The notes beneath the pieces are model-generated. The model saw nothing but the letters and a program-made list of their open reading frames with translations, was not told the DNA's origin and made no database searches. The position numbers were made by a program, and so were the translations under genes. A stretch of DNA of 57,098 bases, from the NCBI GenBank assembly GCA_049583675.1, contig JBAUWG010000037.1, positions 1 to 57,098 on the forward strand, read 5' to 3'. Shown here in pieces: positions 28,926-37,861 of this stretch. Position 1 is the stretch's first letter; each line of letters opens with the position of its first letter. This DNA comes from Desulfobacterales bacterium. GTDB lineage: Bacteria; Desulfobacterota; Desulfobacteria; Desulfobacterales; UBA11574.

Positions 28926-29873
28926 ATGGCGAATGACCATAAATATTTCGGCTTGTTTGGTTTTGTGCTGGCCTTTCTTGTTGGTATTCTCTTTTCAGGG
29001 TGTGCGGGTTTTTATGCCTCAACAATATTAAAAAAAACGGGTGGCATTCCGTCTCGTTTTGAACTTGACGCGGTCCCTTTTTTCCCCCAAAAGGCCGATC
29101 AATGCGGTCCTGCGGCCCTTGCTGAAGCCCTCCAATATAGTGGTATCGTGATTACACCGGAAAATTTGACCGATAAGGTCTTTACACCCGAGAAAAAAGG
29201 CAGTTTTCAAACCGCATTGATCGGCGCAGCCCGCCGAAACGGCAGAATCGCTTATGTATTATCGGGTCCGGAAGATCTGTTTCGGGAAGTGGCTGCAGGG
29301 AATCCGGTCATCGTTTTGCTAAATCTCGGATTGTCGTGGTATCCTGTCTGGCACTATGCGGTGGTGATCGGCTATGATTTGACCGAAAAAAGGGTTGTAC
29401 TGCGCTCGGGCAATATTGCCCGGGAGGTTTTATCGTTCTGGGTGTTTGAAAACACCTGGGCTCGAAGCCATCATTGGGGAATCATCATTCTTCGCCCCGA
29501 TCAATTCCCCGCCGTCGTAAAAGAAGATCGTTTTACAGAAGCCATATTCGGGCTTGAGAAGGCCCGTCGGTTCGGCGATGCCATCGACGGATACCAAACC
29601 GTGCTGTCACGATGGCCCGACAATCTTCCTGCGCTGATGGGCATCGGCAACTGCTACTATGCCCTCGGAGAACTTGAAAACGCCGAAACCGCCTTTAGAA
29701 AAACGATTTGTGCACATCCTGAATCAGGTTCGGCATTTAACAATCTTGCGCAAGTCCTCCTAGAGCTGGGGCAAATAAAAGAAGCGTTGGCAGCCGCCCG
29801 GAAAGCGGTCTCTTTGGGAGGTCCTTTAAGTACTGCATATCAAAAGACCCTCAAGGAGATTCAATCCAAATAA
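28926..29873 (+). CDS. C39-like cysteine peptidase domain plus TPR lipoprotein (PA2778-like)
   Basis: Lipobox-like LFSGC at the N-terminus. Papain-like Cys context ADQCGPAALAEAL and downstream His (WHYAVVIGYD). C-terminal TPR repeats (GNCYYALGELENAETAFRKTI, FNNLAQVLLELGQIKEALAAARKAV). Confidence 0.7.
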   Translation: MANDHKYFGLFGFVLAFLVGILFSGCAGFYASTILKKTGGIPSRFELDAVPFFPQKADQCGPAALAEALQYSGIVITPENLTDKVFTPEKKGSFQTALIGAARRNGRIAYVLSGPEDLFREVAAGNPVIVLLNLGLSWYPVWHYAVVIGYDLTEKRVVLRSGNIAREVLSFWVFENTWARSHHWGIIILRPDQFPAVVKEDRFTEAIFGLEKARRFGDAIDGYQTVLSRWPDNLPALMGIGNCYYALGELENAETAFRKTICAHPESGSAFNNLAQVLLELGQIKEALAAARKAVSLGGPLSTAYQKTLKEIQSK

Positions 29874-30169
29874 ATAGGAAACTATTGATTTTAAGGCCTT
29901 GATTAGATATAAAAAAGCCTCCACCGAAATGGAAGAAGCCTGTTTAATGGGATTCAGCGGAGGCTTTGAGTAAGGAAAACTGGTAACAGCACTCCTTCAA
30001 CTCGAAAAATAAATAGCAATTAATCCTGTGCAGGTCAACCAAAAACCCTTGACATGTGATAGGTATAATGATCGAAAAGGCGAGAGGTGAAGGATTGACG
30101 GATGTCTTGTCAAAGAGGATGGAGCGGGTTAAGGATTTTATATCTTTTTGTAATGTAAGGATAAAAGAA

Positions 30170-31495
30170 ATGATGGTGAATAAAAATTGGATGAGGCTAT
30201 TATTCTGTTTGGTCGTTTTGCCTTTGATGCTGTTTGTTGATGCTTCCTATGCGCAGGAACCTGTTAAAATTTTTACGCTCAATCAGACCATTGAAAGCGC
30301 CTTAAAAGTCAACCTTGGGTTAAAATCATCTAGAGATGAGACCTCCGCCTCTTTGGCCTTAAAAAAAGCGCAACGAACGCAATTTTTGCCCACATTCAGC
30401 ACATCTTATAAATATGACCGGTTTGATGAAGGAGTAGAGGTCGAAGGGTTTGTCCTCACACCAAAAACACAATACAGCTTTGTTACGTCATTCAGTCAAC
30501 CGATATTTACGGGGCTCTCATTGCTGAGAAAATACGATATTGCCAAGCTCGGTCTGGATAAAGCCAAGGTGAGTGAACAAATGACCCGGCAGAATATTAT
30601 TCTGGACGCAAAAAATGCTTATTTTCAACTGCTGAAGAAACAAAAACTGTACGACATTGCTCAACAGACTGTGGTCCAGATCAACGCTCAAAAGGATGTG
30701 GCTGAAAATTTTTATAAGGTTGGAATGACGCCGTTGAATGATCTGTTGCAGGCACAGGTTGAATTGGCCAATGCTAAACAAGATCTAATTGTCGCAAAAA
30801 ACAATATGGACAATGACAGATCGAATTTCAATACACTCCTTCGAAGACCGCTCAATGCACCCGTTATTTTACAAGATGTTTTGCATTATACGCATTTTGA
30901 CAAGAGCTTGGAATATTGCCTGTCCCAGGCCGAGAAAAATCGATGGGAGCTTCGAATCGCCGATTTGGACGTCGACATTTCCCAAAAACAATACCAGCTA
31001 TCCCAAAAAGACTATTATCCCACCATCAATCTTGAGGGAAACTATTTCAAGAACGGAACGGACTGGGATGTAAACGGCGGATTTGGAATCTATGATCCCA
31101 GCGGATGGGAAATCAGCGCTGTGGCGAAGTGGAATTTCTGGGAATGGGGGCGGACCTCATACGGTGTTCAAGAAAAATATTCCCGATGGTCTCAGGCAAA
31201 ACTGAATAAGCAAGAAATTGTCGACAATATTCGTTTGGAAGTCAAGACGGCATTCTTAAACACCGAGCAGGCCGAAAGGGCGATCAAAACCGTTGAGACA
31301 GCCATTGAACAGGCCAAAGAAAATTTCAGGATCTACCAGGAAAGATATAAGGAACAAATCGCCACGCAAACGGATGTGCTTATTGCACAAACGCTGCTTT
31401 CAAGAACCATGACGAGATATTACGATGCATTATACACATTTAAAATTTCGAAGGCTAAACTATATCGTGCCATTGGACAGGAAGTGAATAAATGA
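30170..31495 (+). CDS. TolC-family outer membrane efflux protein
   Basis: ORF 30056-31495 trimmed to the ATG at 30170, which gives the signal peptide MMVNKNWMRLLFCLVVLPLMLFVDASYA|Q. Two OEP repeats with long coiled-coil heptads. The stop overlaps the ftsE start (ATGA). Confidence 0.85.
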   Translation: MMVNKNWMRLLFCLVVLPLMLFVDASYAQEPVKIFTLNQTIESALKVNLGLKSSRDETSASLALKKAQRTQFLPTFSTSYKYDRFDEGVEVEGFVLTPKTQYSFVTSFSQPIFTGLSLLRKYDIAKLGLDKAKVSEQMTRQNIILDAKNAYFQLLKKQKLYDIAQQTVVQINAQKDVAENFYKVGMTPLNDLLQAQVELANAKQDLIVAKNNMDNDRSNFNTLLRRPLNAPVILQDVLHYTHFDKSLEYCLSQAEKNRWELRIADLDVDISQKQYQLSQKDYYPTINLEGNYFKNGTDWDVNGGFGIYDPSGWEISAVAKWNFWEWGRTSYGVQEKYSRWSQAKLNKQEIVDNIRLEVKTAFLNTEQAERAIKTVETAIEQAKENFRIYQERYKEQIATQTDVLIAQTLLSRTMTRYYDALYTFKISKAKLYRAIGQEVNK

Positions 31496-32196
31496 TGGAT
31501 CAACAGGGTAAAGCCTCTATAATTCGTCTGTTCCATGTTCATAAGAATTACGGTGCGGCTAAAGCGCTCAGCGATGTCACCATTGACATTTCAAAAAATG
31601 ATCTTCTTTTTATTACCGGCCCCAGTGGGGCCGGTAAAACGTCTCTGCTGAAGCTTATGTATTATGGGGAAGCCGTCACAGAGGGACAGGTATTGGTTGA
31701 CGGTATAAACCTGTCGAGAATCTCCCATAAAACAATACCGATGCTTCGACGAAAGTTCGGAATTGTATTTCAGGATTATAAGTTGATTCCGACCAAAACC
31801 GTATTCGACAATATCGCCATCGTCCTTGAAACAATCGGTAAAAAACGGCGATTTATTGAAAAAAAAATAAGGAGCGTGCTGAGAACCGTAAGTATGGAAA
31901 ACAGCATCCATTCCTTGCCGCCGACCCTGTCCGGTGGGGAACAGCAAAGGATTGCCGTTGCCAGGGCGATTGTCGGAGATCCAAAAATTATCCTTGCAGA
32001 CGAGCCGACAGGTAATTTGGATGAAGATTCCGCTGATGTTATCGTCGATCTTTTAAAAAAATTTCATACCAGAGGCGCTACGGTTATTATTGCCACCCAT
32101 GATAAAGAGCTCATCCGCAAAACAGGGGGCCGGGTCATTTATCTGAAGCAGGGCCGAATACACCCCATCAATTCGCCAAATAATGTGCTCCAATGA
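31492..32196 (+). CDS. ftsE: Cell division ABC ATPase FtsE
   Basis: 234 aa. Walker [10 protein letters not shown], signature LSGGEQQR, Walker [12 protein letters not shown]. FtsE-type size and the [16 protein letters not shown] context. Confidence 0.85.
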   Translation: MMDQQGKASIIRLFHVHKNYGAAKALSDVTIDISKNDLLFITGPSGAGKTSLLKLMYYGEAVTEGQVLVDGINLSRISHKTIPMLRRKFGIVFQDYKLIPTKTVFDNIAIVLETIGKKRRFIEKKIRSVLRTVSMENSIHSLPPTLSGGEQQRIAVARAIVGDPKIILADEPTGNLDEDSADVIVDLLKKFHTRGATVIIATHDKELIRKTGGRVIYLKQGRIHPINSPNNVLQ

Positions 32197-33071
32197 TGAT
32201 TTATTGTAAACGGGCCATAAAAGATATTCTTGAGCACAGATTTTTGAGCGTCGTCACCATCGTCACCATCTCGATTTCCATATTGATTGCCAGTGCTTTC
32301 ACGCTGTTTTTTATCAATGCGAACGCTGTTGTAAACTCCTGGAAAAAGGGAATCCGGATAATGGTCTATCTGAAACCCGACACCCCTGAAATAAAAGTAA
32401 CGGAGACAAAGCGCAATATCCAGAAGATGAAAGGTGTAGAAGATGTTCGATTCATTTCAAACAAAGACGCGTTGCAACGGTTGAAAAACCAAATGAAACG
32501 GCAATCTTCTCTGTTGGACAACCTGAAAGAAAACCCTCTCCCGGATGCTTTTGAAATTCAGCTTATGGAGTCTTTCCAAAATCAGGAAAAGATAGAAAAA
32601 CTTGCCGCACGTCTGGAATCGTTAAAGCCAGTGGATGAGGTCGAATATGGACAAGTTTGGCTGGGACGGTTTACGAACATTCTTAACCTGTTTAGATTAA
32701 CCGGATTCGCAATGGGCAGTCTTTTCCTGCTGGCGACCGTTTTGATTGTCGCCAACACCATTCGCCTGGTTCTCTATTCACGGCAAAAGGAAGTGGAAAT
32801 CATGCGGCTGGTGGGCGCGACCGACGGGTTCATCAAAGCCCCCTTTTATATCGAAGGCCTCATCCAGGGGGCACTGGGCGGGATTGTCGGCCTGGGGGCA
32901 TTGTTCATACTTTTTGTGTTCATTTCCTCCAACGTTGGACAGGAATTAACATCCAGTTTTTTTACGATTCGATTCCTTTCCTGGGAGACGATATTGGGAA
33001 TATGGGTTTGCAGCATGTTTGTGGGGTGGATCGGGTGCTTCGTTTCTTTAAAACAATTTTTAAAACAGTAG
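32193..33071 (+). CDS. ftsX: Cell division permease-like protein FtsX
   Basis: 292 aa. TM1, a periplasmic domain of about 110 aa, then three C-terminal TMs. ATGA overlap with ftsE. Confidence 0.85.
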   Translation: MMIYCKRAIKDILEHRFLSVVTIVTISISILIASAFTLFFINANAVVNSWKKGIRIMVYLKPDTPEIKVTETKRNIQKMKGVEDVRFISNKDALQRLKNQMKRQSSLLDNLKENPLPDAFEIQLMESFQNQEKIEKLAARLESLKPVDEVEYGQVWLGRFTNILNLFRLTGFAMGSLFLLATVLIVANTIRLVLYSRQKEVEIMRLVGATDGFIKAPFYIEGLIQGALGGIVGLGALFILFVFISSNVGQELTSSFFTIRFLSWETILGIWVCSMFVGWIGCFVSLKQFLKQ

Positions 33072-34465
33072 CCTATACCGCTATCGGTATCATTGCGGTT
33101 TTGCCATCTTATGATGTTGCCGTTGCGGGATCCAATGAAATCGGTGTGGTTATCGTAGATCAGCTGAATGTTCGGGCACAACCCGGCGTCAACACCCCCT
33201 CTTTGATGTTGATCTCTAAAGGGACAAAGGTCCAGATTGTCGAGCGCCATAAAGCATGGCTTAAAATAAAATATAAAAATCAGGTGGGTTATATTCGACA
33301 TTTAAAGGCATATGTGCATATTATAACTCAGGACATTCCAACTGAATCGAAAAATACCGGCAACTCCCCGGACGACATCGAAAAGTTTCAGAAAGAAGCA
33401 AAAAGCATCAATCAAAAGATCGAAAAAAAGACATCTGAACTTTTAAGATTCACCAGAAAAGAAACCGCCATCGTCAATAGCTTGAACGATATCGATCTTA
33501 CGCTTGACCACGCCCGGAAAAATGCATCATCGCTGAAAACAGAGCTTGCTGCTTTAGAAAAAGAAATGATTAAGACGAAAAATGATTCCGATGATCTTCA
33601 AAAAAGGATCAAAACCAGTGAAAATTACGCCGCTTTGCGCCTCGTGGCGATTTATAAACTGAGTTGGCTGGGAAGAATCTATGTTCTTGCCTCGGCCCGG
33701 TCCGTTTATGATCTTTTTCAGCGGAAAAGAGCCTTGGAACACGTGCTGGCATATGATGAAAGTGTTTGGAAAAACCTTGTGGAAAACAAAAAGCGGCTGC
33801 AACACCTGCTGGTCGACCTGGACCAAAAAAAAATGGAGAAACTCGCCGTTGAGGCAGATTACAGAAAACAGATTGAAATGATGTCTCGCGAGAGAAAAAG
33901 GCGATCAAAACTTCTAAATGATATTCGCAGGAAACGGTCTCTGAAGTTAGCGTCCCTTGAATCATTAAAGGAGGCGGCGGCAGATCTGGATCAGACCATA
34001 AATGCTTTAAAATCGGATTTTGATCGGGGCGGACCCCGTGAAAAAAAATCTTCAAAAAATTTTTCCGAATTAAAAGGATTGCTTAATATGCCGGTTAAAG
34101 GTAAAATAACATCCTTTTTCGGATCTCATCGAAATAAGAAATTGAATATTGTCAATTTCCAAAGCGGAATTGAAATAAAAGCCGACAGGGGCGAACCTAT
34201 TCATGCGGTCTATGATGGACGCGTTCTTTATGCCAGATGGTTTAAAGGATACGGAAATATGATCATCATAGACCATGGCAATAATTATTATACCATTTAT
34301 GCGCATGCGCAGGAACTCTTTGCGGCACAAGGAGATATCGTGGAAGCGGGAGAGGTGGTGGCCACGGTCGGAGATACAGGGTCAATGATCGGTCCGAGTC
34401 TTCATTTTGAGGTGCGCCATCACGGAAAGCCTGTAGATCCGTTGGAATGGATTAGTAAGGGGTAG
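33035..34465 (+). CDS. EnvC-like murein hydrolase activator: SH3 domain, coiled coil and degenerate LytM (M23) domain
   Basis: The start is uncertain (ATG 33002, GTG 33026 or GTG 33035), and every option overlaps the ftsX end. SH3-like VVIVDQLNVRAQPGVNTPSLMLISKGTKVQIVERHKAWLKIKY. Long coiled coil. The LytM domain has substituted Zn ligands (QSGIEI in place of HxxxD, PSLHF in place of PHLHF). Confidence 0.8.
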   Translation: MLRFFKTIFKTVAYTAIGIIAVLPSYDVAVAGSNEIGVVIVDQLNVRAQPGVNTPSLMLISKGTKVQIVERHKAWLKIKYKNQVGYIRHLKAYVHIITQDIPTESKNTGNSPDDIEKFQKEAKSINQKIEKKTSELLRFTRKETAIVNSLNDIDLTLDHARKNASSLKTELAALEKEMIKTKNDSDDLQKRIKTSENYAALRLVAIYKLSWLGRIYVLASARSVYDLFQRKRALEHVLAYDESVWKNLVENKKRLQHLLVDLDQKKMEKLAVEADYRKQIEMMSRERKRRSKLLNDIRRKRSLKLASLESLKEAAADLDQTINALKSDFDRGGPREKKSSKNFSELKGLLNMPVKGKITSFFGSHRNKKLNIVNFQSGIEIKADRGEPIHAVYDGRVLYARWFKGYGNMIIIDHGNNYYTIYAHAQELFAAQGDIVEAGEVVATVGDTGSMIGPSLHFEVRHHGKPVDPLEWISKG

Positions 34466-34530
34466 ACAGGATTGTTCACCCGTCGGGAAAACAGGTTGAT
34501 AAAAGATTCGGGCTATCGGGAGAAAATATT

Positions 34531-35898
34531 ATGAATATTCAGAAAAAACAGCATATTAAACTGTGGTTGGTTCTGTTGATCGCCGTTGTCTTCTGGACCG
34601 TCGGATCCGGTTTTTACAGAAACCTTTCGGCTAAGGGGGCAGAGACATATAAGGGGCTGAAGCTCTTCTCCGATGTGATTGAGCTGATTGAAAATAATTA
34701 TGTTGATCCCGTGAATTCGAAAGACTTGATCGACAAAGCGATTCAAGGAATGGTCAGCGGCCTTGATCCCCATTCTGCTTTTTTGTCTCCTGATGACTTT
34801 AAGGAGCTGCAGATCGACACGCAGGGTGAGTTCACAGGTATCGGCGTGAGCATCACCTTGAAGGATGGTTTTGTTACCGTGATTTCTCCCATTGAAGGGA
34901 CGCCGGCTTACAAAGCCGGAATCAAAGCCGGAGATAGAATTATCAAAGTCAACGGAAAACCCACCAGAGATTTGCGGGAAGCGGTCAAATTGATTCGAGG
35001 CCCTAAAGGAACCGAAGTCGTGGTGACCATTGTTCGTGAGGAAAGTAAAAAACCCATTGATTTTAAAATTGTCCGAGATATTATTCCTGTCGAGAGCGTT
35101 AAAGCGGCTGAATTAGAGCCCGGATACGGCTATGTCTGGGTCACCAATTTCAGAGAGAATACGACAGAAGATCTCGTTGCGGCACTGGATAAACTTGACT
35201 CCGCGAAAACACCCTTAAAAGGGTTGATTCTTGATCTTCGCGACGACCCGGGGGGACTTCTTGATCAAGCGATAGAGGTTTCAGATCTTTTTCTTGAAAA
35301 GGGTACAATCCTTTCCATCAGAGGGCGGAAGGAAAAAAACAACCAGGTTTTTAAAGCAACTCCGAATCAAACAAAACGGAATTATCCCATGGTTGTTCTC
35401 ATTAACGGCGGAACCGCCAGTGCTTCGGAAATCGTTGCCGGTGCACTTCAGGATCAAAAACGCGCGCTCATCATGGGAACCACTTCTTTTGGAAAGGGTT
35501 CGGTCCAATCCGTAGAAAGATTAAGAGACGGTTATGCGCTTAAATTGACCATTGCCAGATATTATACCCCCAGCGGTCGCTCGATACAGGCCAAAGGAAT
35601 TGTACCGGATATCATCGTCAAAAGAAGGTTTATTAATAAGGAAAATACGTCGTTTGTCACCGAGGAGATGATCAGAGAAAAAGACTTGAAAAATCATCTC
35701 GAAGCGGTGCCTGAAAACGAAAAAAATCATGAAACAGAAGGTGAAAACCAAGAAAAAACGCCTGAGAAACAAAAAACCCTAAAGCCAACATTTATTTACG
35801 GCAAGCTCAACCTTAAACAGCTGAAGGCGGATAATCAGGTGACACGTGCGCTGGATGCGCTTTTGAGCTATCAGATCTTCAAAGGTGTCAAAAATTAA
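34531..35898 (+). CDS. Carboxy-terminal processing peptidase (S41 family, PDZ domain)
   Basis: 455 aa. N-terminal TM/signal. PDZ domain (GIGVSITLKDGFVTVISPIEGTPAYKAGIKAGDRIIKVNG). S41 catalytic context GGTASASEIVAGALQD and TSFGKGSVQ. Confidence 0.9.
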   Translation: MNIQKKQHIKLWLVLLIAVVFWTVGSGFYRNLSAKGAETYKGLKLFSDVIELIENNYVDPVNSKDLIDKAIQGMVSGLDPHSAFLSPDDFKELQIDTQGEFTGIGVSITLKDGFVTVISPIEGTPAYKAGIKAGDRIIKVNGKPTRDLREAVKLIRGPKGTEVVVTIVREESKKPIDFKIVRDIIPVESVKAAELEPGYGYVWVTNFRENTTEDLVAALDKLDSAKTPLKGLILDLRDDPGGLLDQAIEVSDLFLEKGTILSIRGRKEKNNQVFKATPNQTKRNYPMVVLINGGTASASEIVAGALQDQKRALIMGTTSFGKGSVQSVERLRDGYALKLTIARYYTPSGRSIQAKGIVPDIIVKRRFINKENTSFVTEEMIREKDLKNHLEAVPENEKNHETEGENQEKTPEKQKTLKPTFIYGKLNLKQLKADNQVTRALDALLSYQIFKGVKN

Positions 35899-35901
35899 GG
35901 C

Positions 35902-36852
35902 ATGGCGAAGCGTGGGCGTCAGCGACCGAAGAAAAGTCTAAAAAAGACGAAAAAGCGCGGTATTTGGAGTACGTACCTGATACAGGCTGTTGCAGGACTC
36001 GGCATTTTGTTATTTCTGGTTGTCGTTGCCGGTGTGCTGTTGCGCCATTTCATGTCGAACAGAGATGTCGTGCCACCAATGACAAAATCCCGGGTTATCA
36101 GATCGCCCAGGTTTGAAGTCTATCCCAAAAATGATATATCGCCCCGCGAACCGCTGCCGAAAAAACCCCGCAAAGCCCTCGAAAGGTTACCCAAAATTGC
36201 CATAATTATTGATGATATCGGCTATGACAAAGCCATCGCAAATAAATTCTTGGCACTTAACGCGGTGTTAACATTTTCCATACTTCCTTACAGTCCCTAT
36301 GAGAAAAGCATTGCCAGTAGCGTTCATTCAAAAGGTTACGACGTGATGCTTCATTTGCCCATGGAGCCTGATGAGTATCCATCGATCAATCCCGGTCCCG
36401 GAGTGCTTCTGACTTCCATGACACCGGATCAACTGATCGGCCAGCTCAATGAAGACCTGGATGCTTTCCCGTTCATAACAGGGGTAAATAATCATATGGG
36501 GTCAAAAATGACGACGGTTTCTCCTCAACTCAACCAGATTTTTTCGGTGTTGAAGGGGAAAGGGCTTTTCTTTATTGACAGCCGCACCACGCCGGATACG
36601 CTTTGCAAACCATCGGCGCAGCTCTTCAAAGTTCCTTTTGCGCAAAAAGATGTCTTTATCGATCATAAACCGGAACCCGACTTTATCCGCAAACAAATCC
36701 AACGGCTCATAATGATTGCCGATAGTCATGGCGAAGCGGTCGGGATTGCGCACCCACATCCCGAAACTTATGATATCCTTCGTGAAATGCTGCCGGAGCT
36801 TCAAAAAAAGGCAACACTGGTTCGTGCATCCGATATTGTACATAATAATTAG
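35902..36852 (+). CDS. Divergent polysaccharide deacetylase family protein (YibQ-like)
   Basis: 316 aa. N-terminal TM, then the YibQ-type core (KIAIIIDDIGYD, MLHLPMEP, GVNNHMGS, FFIDSRTT). Starts 4 nt after the ctp stop. Confidence 0.8.
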   Translation: MAKRGRQRPKKSLKKTKKRGIWSTYLIQAVAGLGILLFLVVVAGVLLRHFMSNRDVVPPMTKSRVIRSPRFEVYPKNDISPREPLPKKPRKALERLPKIAIIIDDIGYDKAIANKFLALNAVLTFSILPYSPYEKSIASSVHSKGYDVMLHLPMEPDEYPSINPGPGVLLTSMTPDQLIGQLNEDLDAFPFITGVNNHMGSKMTTVSPQLNQIFSVLKGKGLFFIDSRTTPDTLCKPSAQLFKVPFAQKDVFIDHKPEPDFIRKQIQRLIMIADSHGEAVGIAHPHPETYDILREMLPELQKKATLVRASDIVHNN

Positions 36853-37078
36853 ACGTCTCGGAAATTCTTCAACCTAATGAAAATATCGAATGTTTTTTAG
36901 GTTTAAACACTTTCATCGAATATGGAATATTGGAAGGTTGGTTTTTAAAAGGATATGAGCCATCTTTAATTTTATCGGTAGCAAAAAATTTCACCATTGA
37001 GCCAACACCCCATTATTCCCTCCGAGGCGTAGGCCCTAATGACCGGAGGCCAATTGAGGCGAAGCCCCTAACTTGAAT
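36853..37078 (+). repeat. Structured intergenic repeat, copy B (between yibQ-like and CPBP-like genes)
   Basis: Blocks GACGTCTCGGAAATTC, TTAGGTTTAA, arm GGAATATT GGAAGGTT GG (36924-36941), inverted partner CCAACACCCCATTATTCCCTCC (37002-37023), and 3' block TTGAGGCGAAGCCCCTAACTTGAAT preceded by an internal duplication (GAGGCGTAGGCCCTAATGA). Confidence 0.7.
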
Positions 37079-37083
37079 ATCTG

Positions 37084-37725
37084 ATGATTAACACCCTGGC
37101 CATACACACGCGGTTGATCGATAAATTTCTTGCCTATTTGTGCGTGTGTTATGTTGCCATGGTTTTATGGGTTGATCACCTTGGAAAATTTTCCCTGCCC
37201 GCAAATCAATATCGATTCATTTTCTGGTTTTCCGTTCCCATGGGTTTTTATCTGTGGACGGTATATTCAGCAAAAAATCGCAGTGAGATTTTACACTGGC
37301 TGGATGTAAGGGCCCTCAGCCGAAAAGAATGGCACGCCGCATCCGTGCTTATGGCGGGCTTGGTGCTGGTGATTGCTGTTATTCCACTGGTTCCATCTTT
37401 GGCCGATTACTACAGGCCGGGCAGAATAAGCGTCGGCCGCCGGTTGATCTGGCTGGCGGCTTGGTTTCCCGGCTGGGAGTTGATGCATCGATGTCTTCTG
37501 GCCTATCACATTCCGCGTTCTTTGCCAAGACACGCCTGGTTGCTGATCCCTTTATTTGAAGGTCTCTATCATTTTAATAAGCCCTGGCCTGAAATGCTGG
37601 GCATGTTTGCCTGGAGCGGGGCATTGACGTTTTGGACGATCAAGCGGAAAAATGCCTGTCTGGCGATCTTGGCCCACCTGGTGCTGGAATGCTTGCTCAT
37701 CGCTTACCTGGGTTTCGGCGCTTGA
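37084..37725 (+). CDS. Polytopic membrane protein, possible divergent CPBP (CAAX-type) intramembrane protease
   Basis: 213 aa with about 6 TM helices. Weak CPBP-like motifs (GWELMHR for ExxxR, EGLYH, AILAHLVLE). The assignment is tentative. Confidence 0.4.
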   Translation: MINTLAIHTRLIDKFLAYLCVCYVAMVLWVDHLGKFSLPANQYRFIFWFSVPMGFYLWTVYSAKNRSEILHWLDVRALSRKEWHAASVLMAGLVLVIAVIPLVPSLADYYRPGRISVGRRLIWLAAWFPGWELMHRCLLAYHIPRSLPRHAWLLIPLFEGLYHFNKPWPEMLGMFAWSGALTFWTIKRKNACLAILAHLVLECLLIAYLGFGA

Positions 37726-37861
37726 ACGGATAATAAAAAAAGGGTCTCTTAAAAATACCGGGGATCTTGACTTGACAGTACAATGTGTGAATAATGTTTT
37801 CATGCCGCTAAGGTGGTACTAAGCCTTTAATATGCTGATTTGAGAATAAGGCGGGGGGGTC

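Noticed and set aside
30049-30069. Perfect TTGACA (30049-30054) and TATAAT (30064-30069) hexamers upstream of the TolC-family gene.
   Set aside because: The spacer is only 9 nt, which is incompatible with a sigma-70 -35/-10 pair. TATAAT may still serve as a -10 with a poor -35, but I cannot support a promoter call.
30056-30169. N-terminal extensions of tracked ORFs: TolC from 30056, pyrE from 56309, rplU to 55183, HMGL-like to 3525, carboxyltransferase to 5164, XRE to 2347, crotonase-like to 8023.
   Set aside because: The extensions lack homology-type sequence and overlap upstream genes or promoters. Internal ATGs with good SD sequences restore typical N-termini or signal peptides.
37853-37859. 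G7 homopolymer 2 nt upstream of the Memo-AMMECR1 ATG (and a C7 run at about 7186-7192 upstream of the ACAD TTG) as phase-variation tracts.
   Set aside because: Both sit exactly where an SD is expected and are short. They are most simply G-rich ribosome-binding sites. I have no evidence of length variation from a single sequence.
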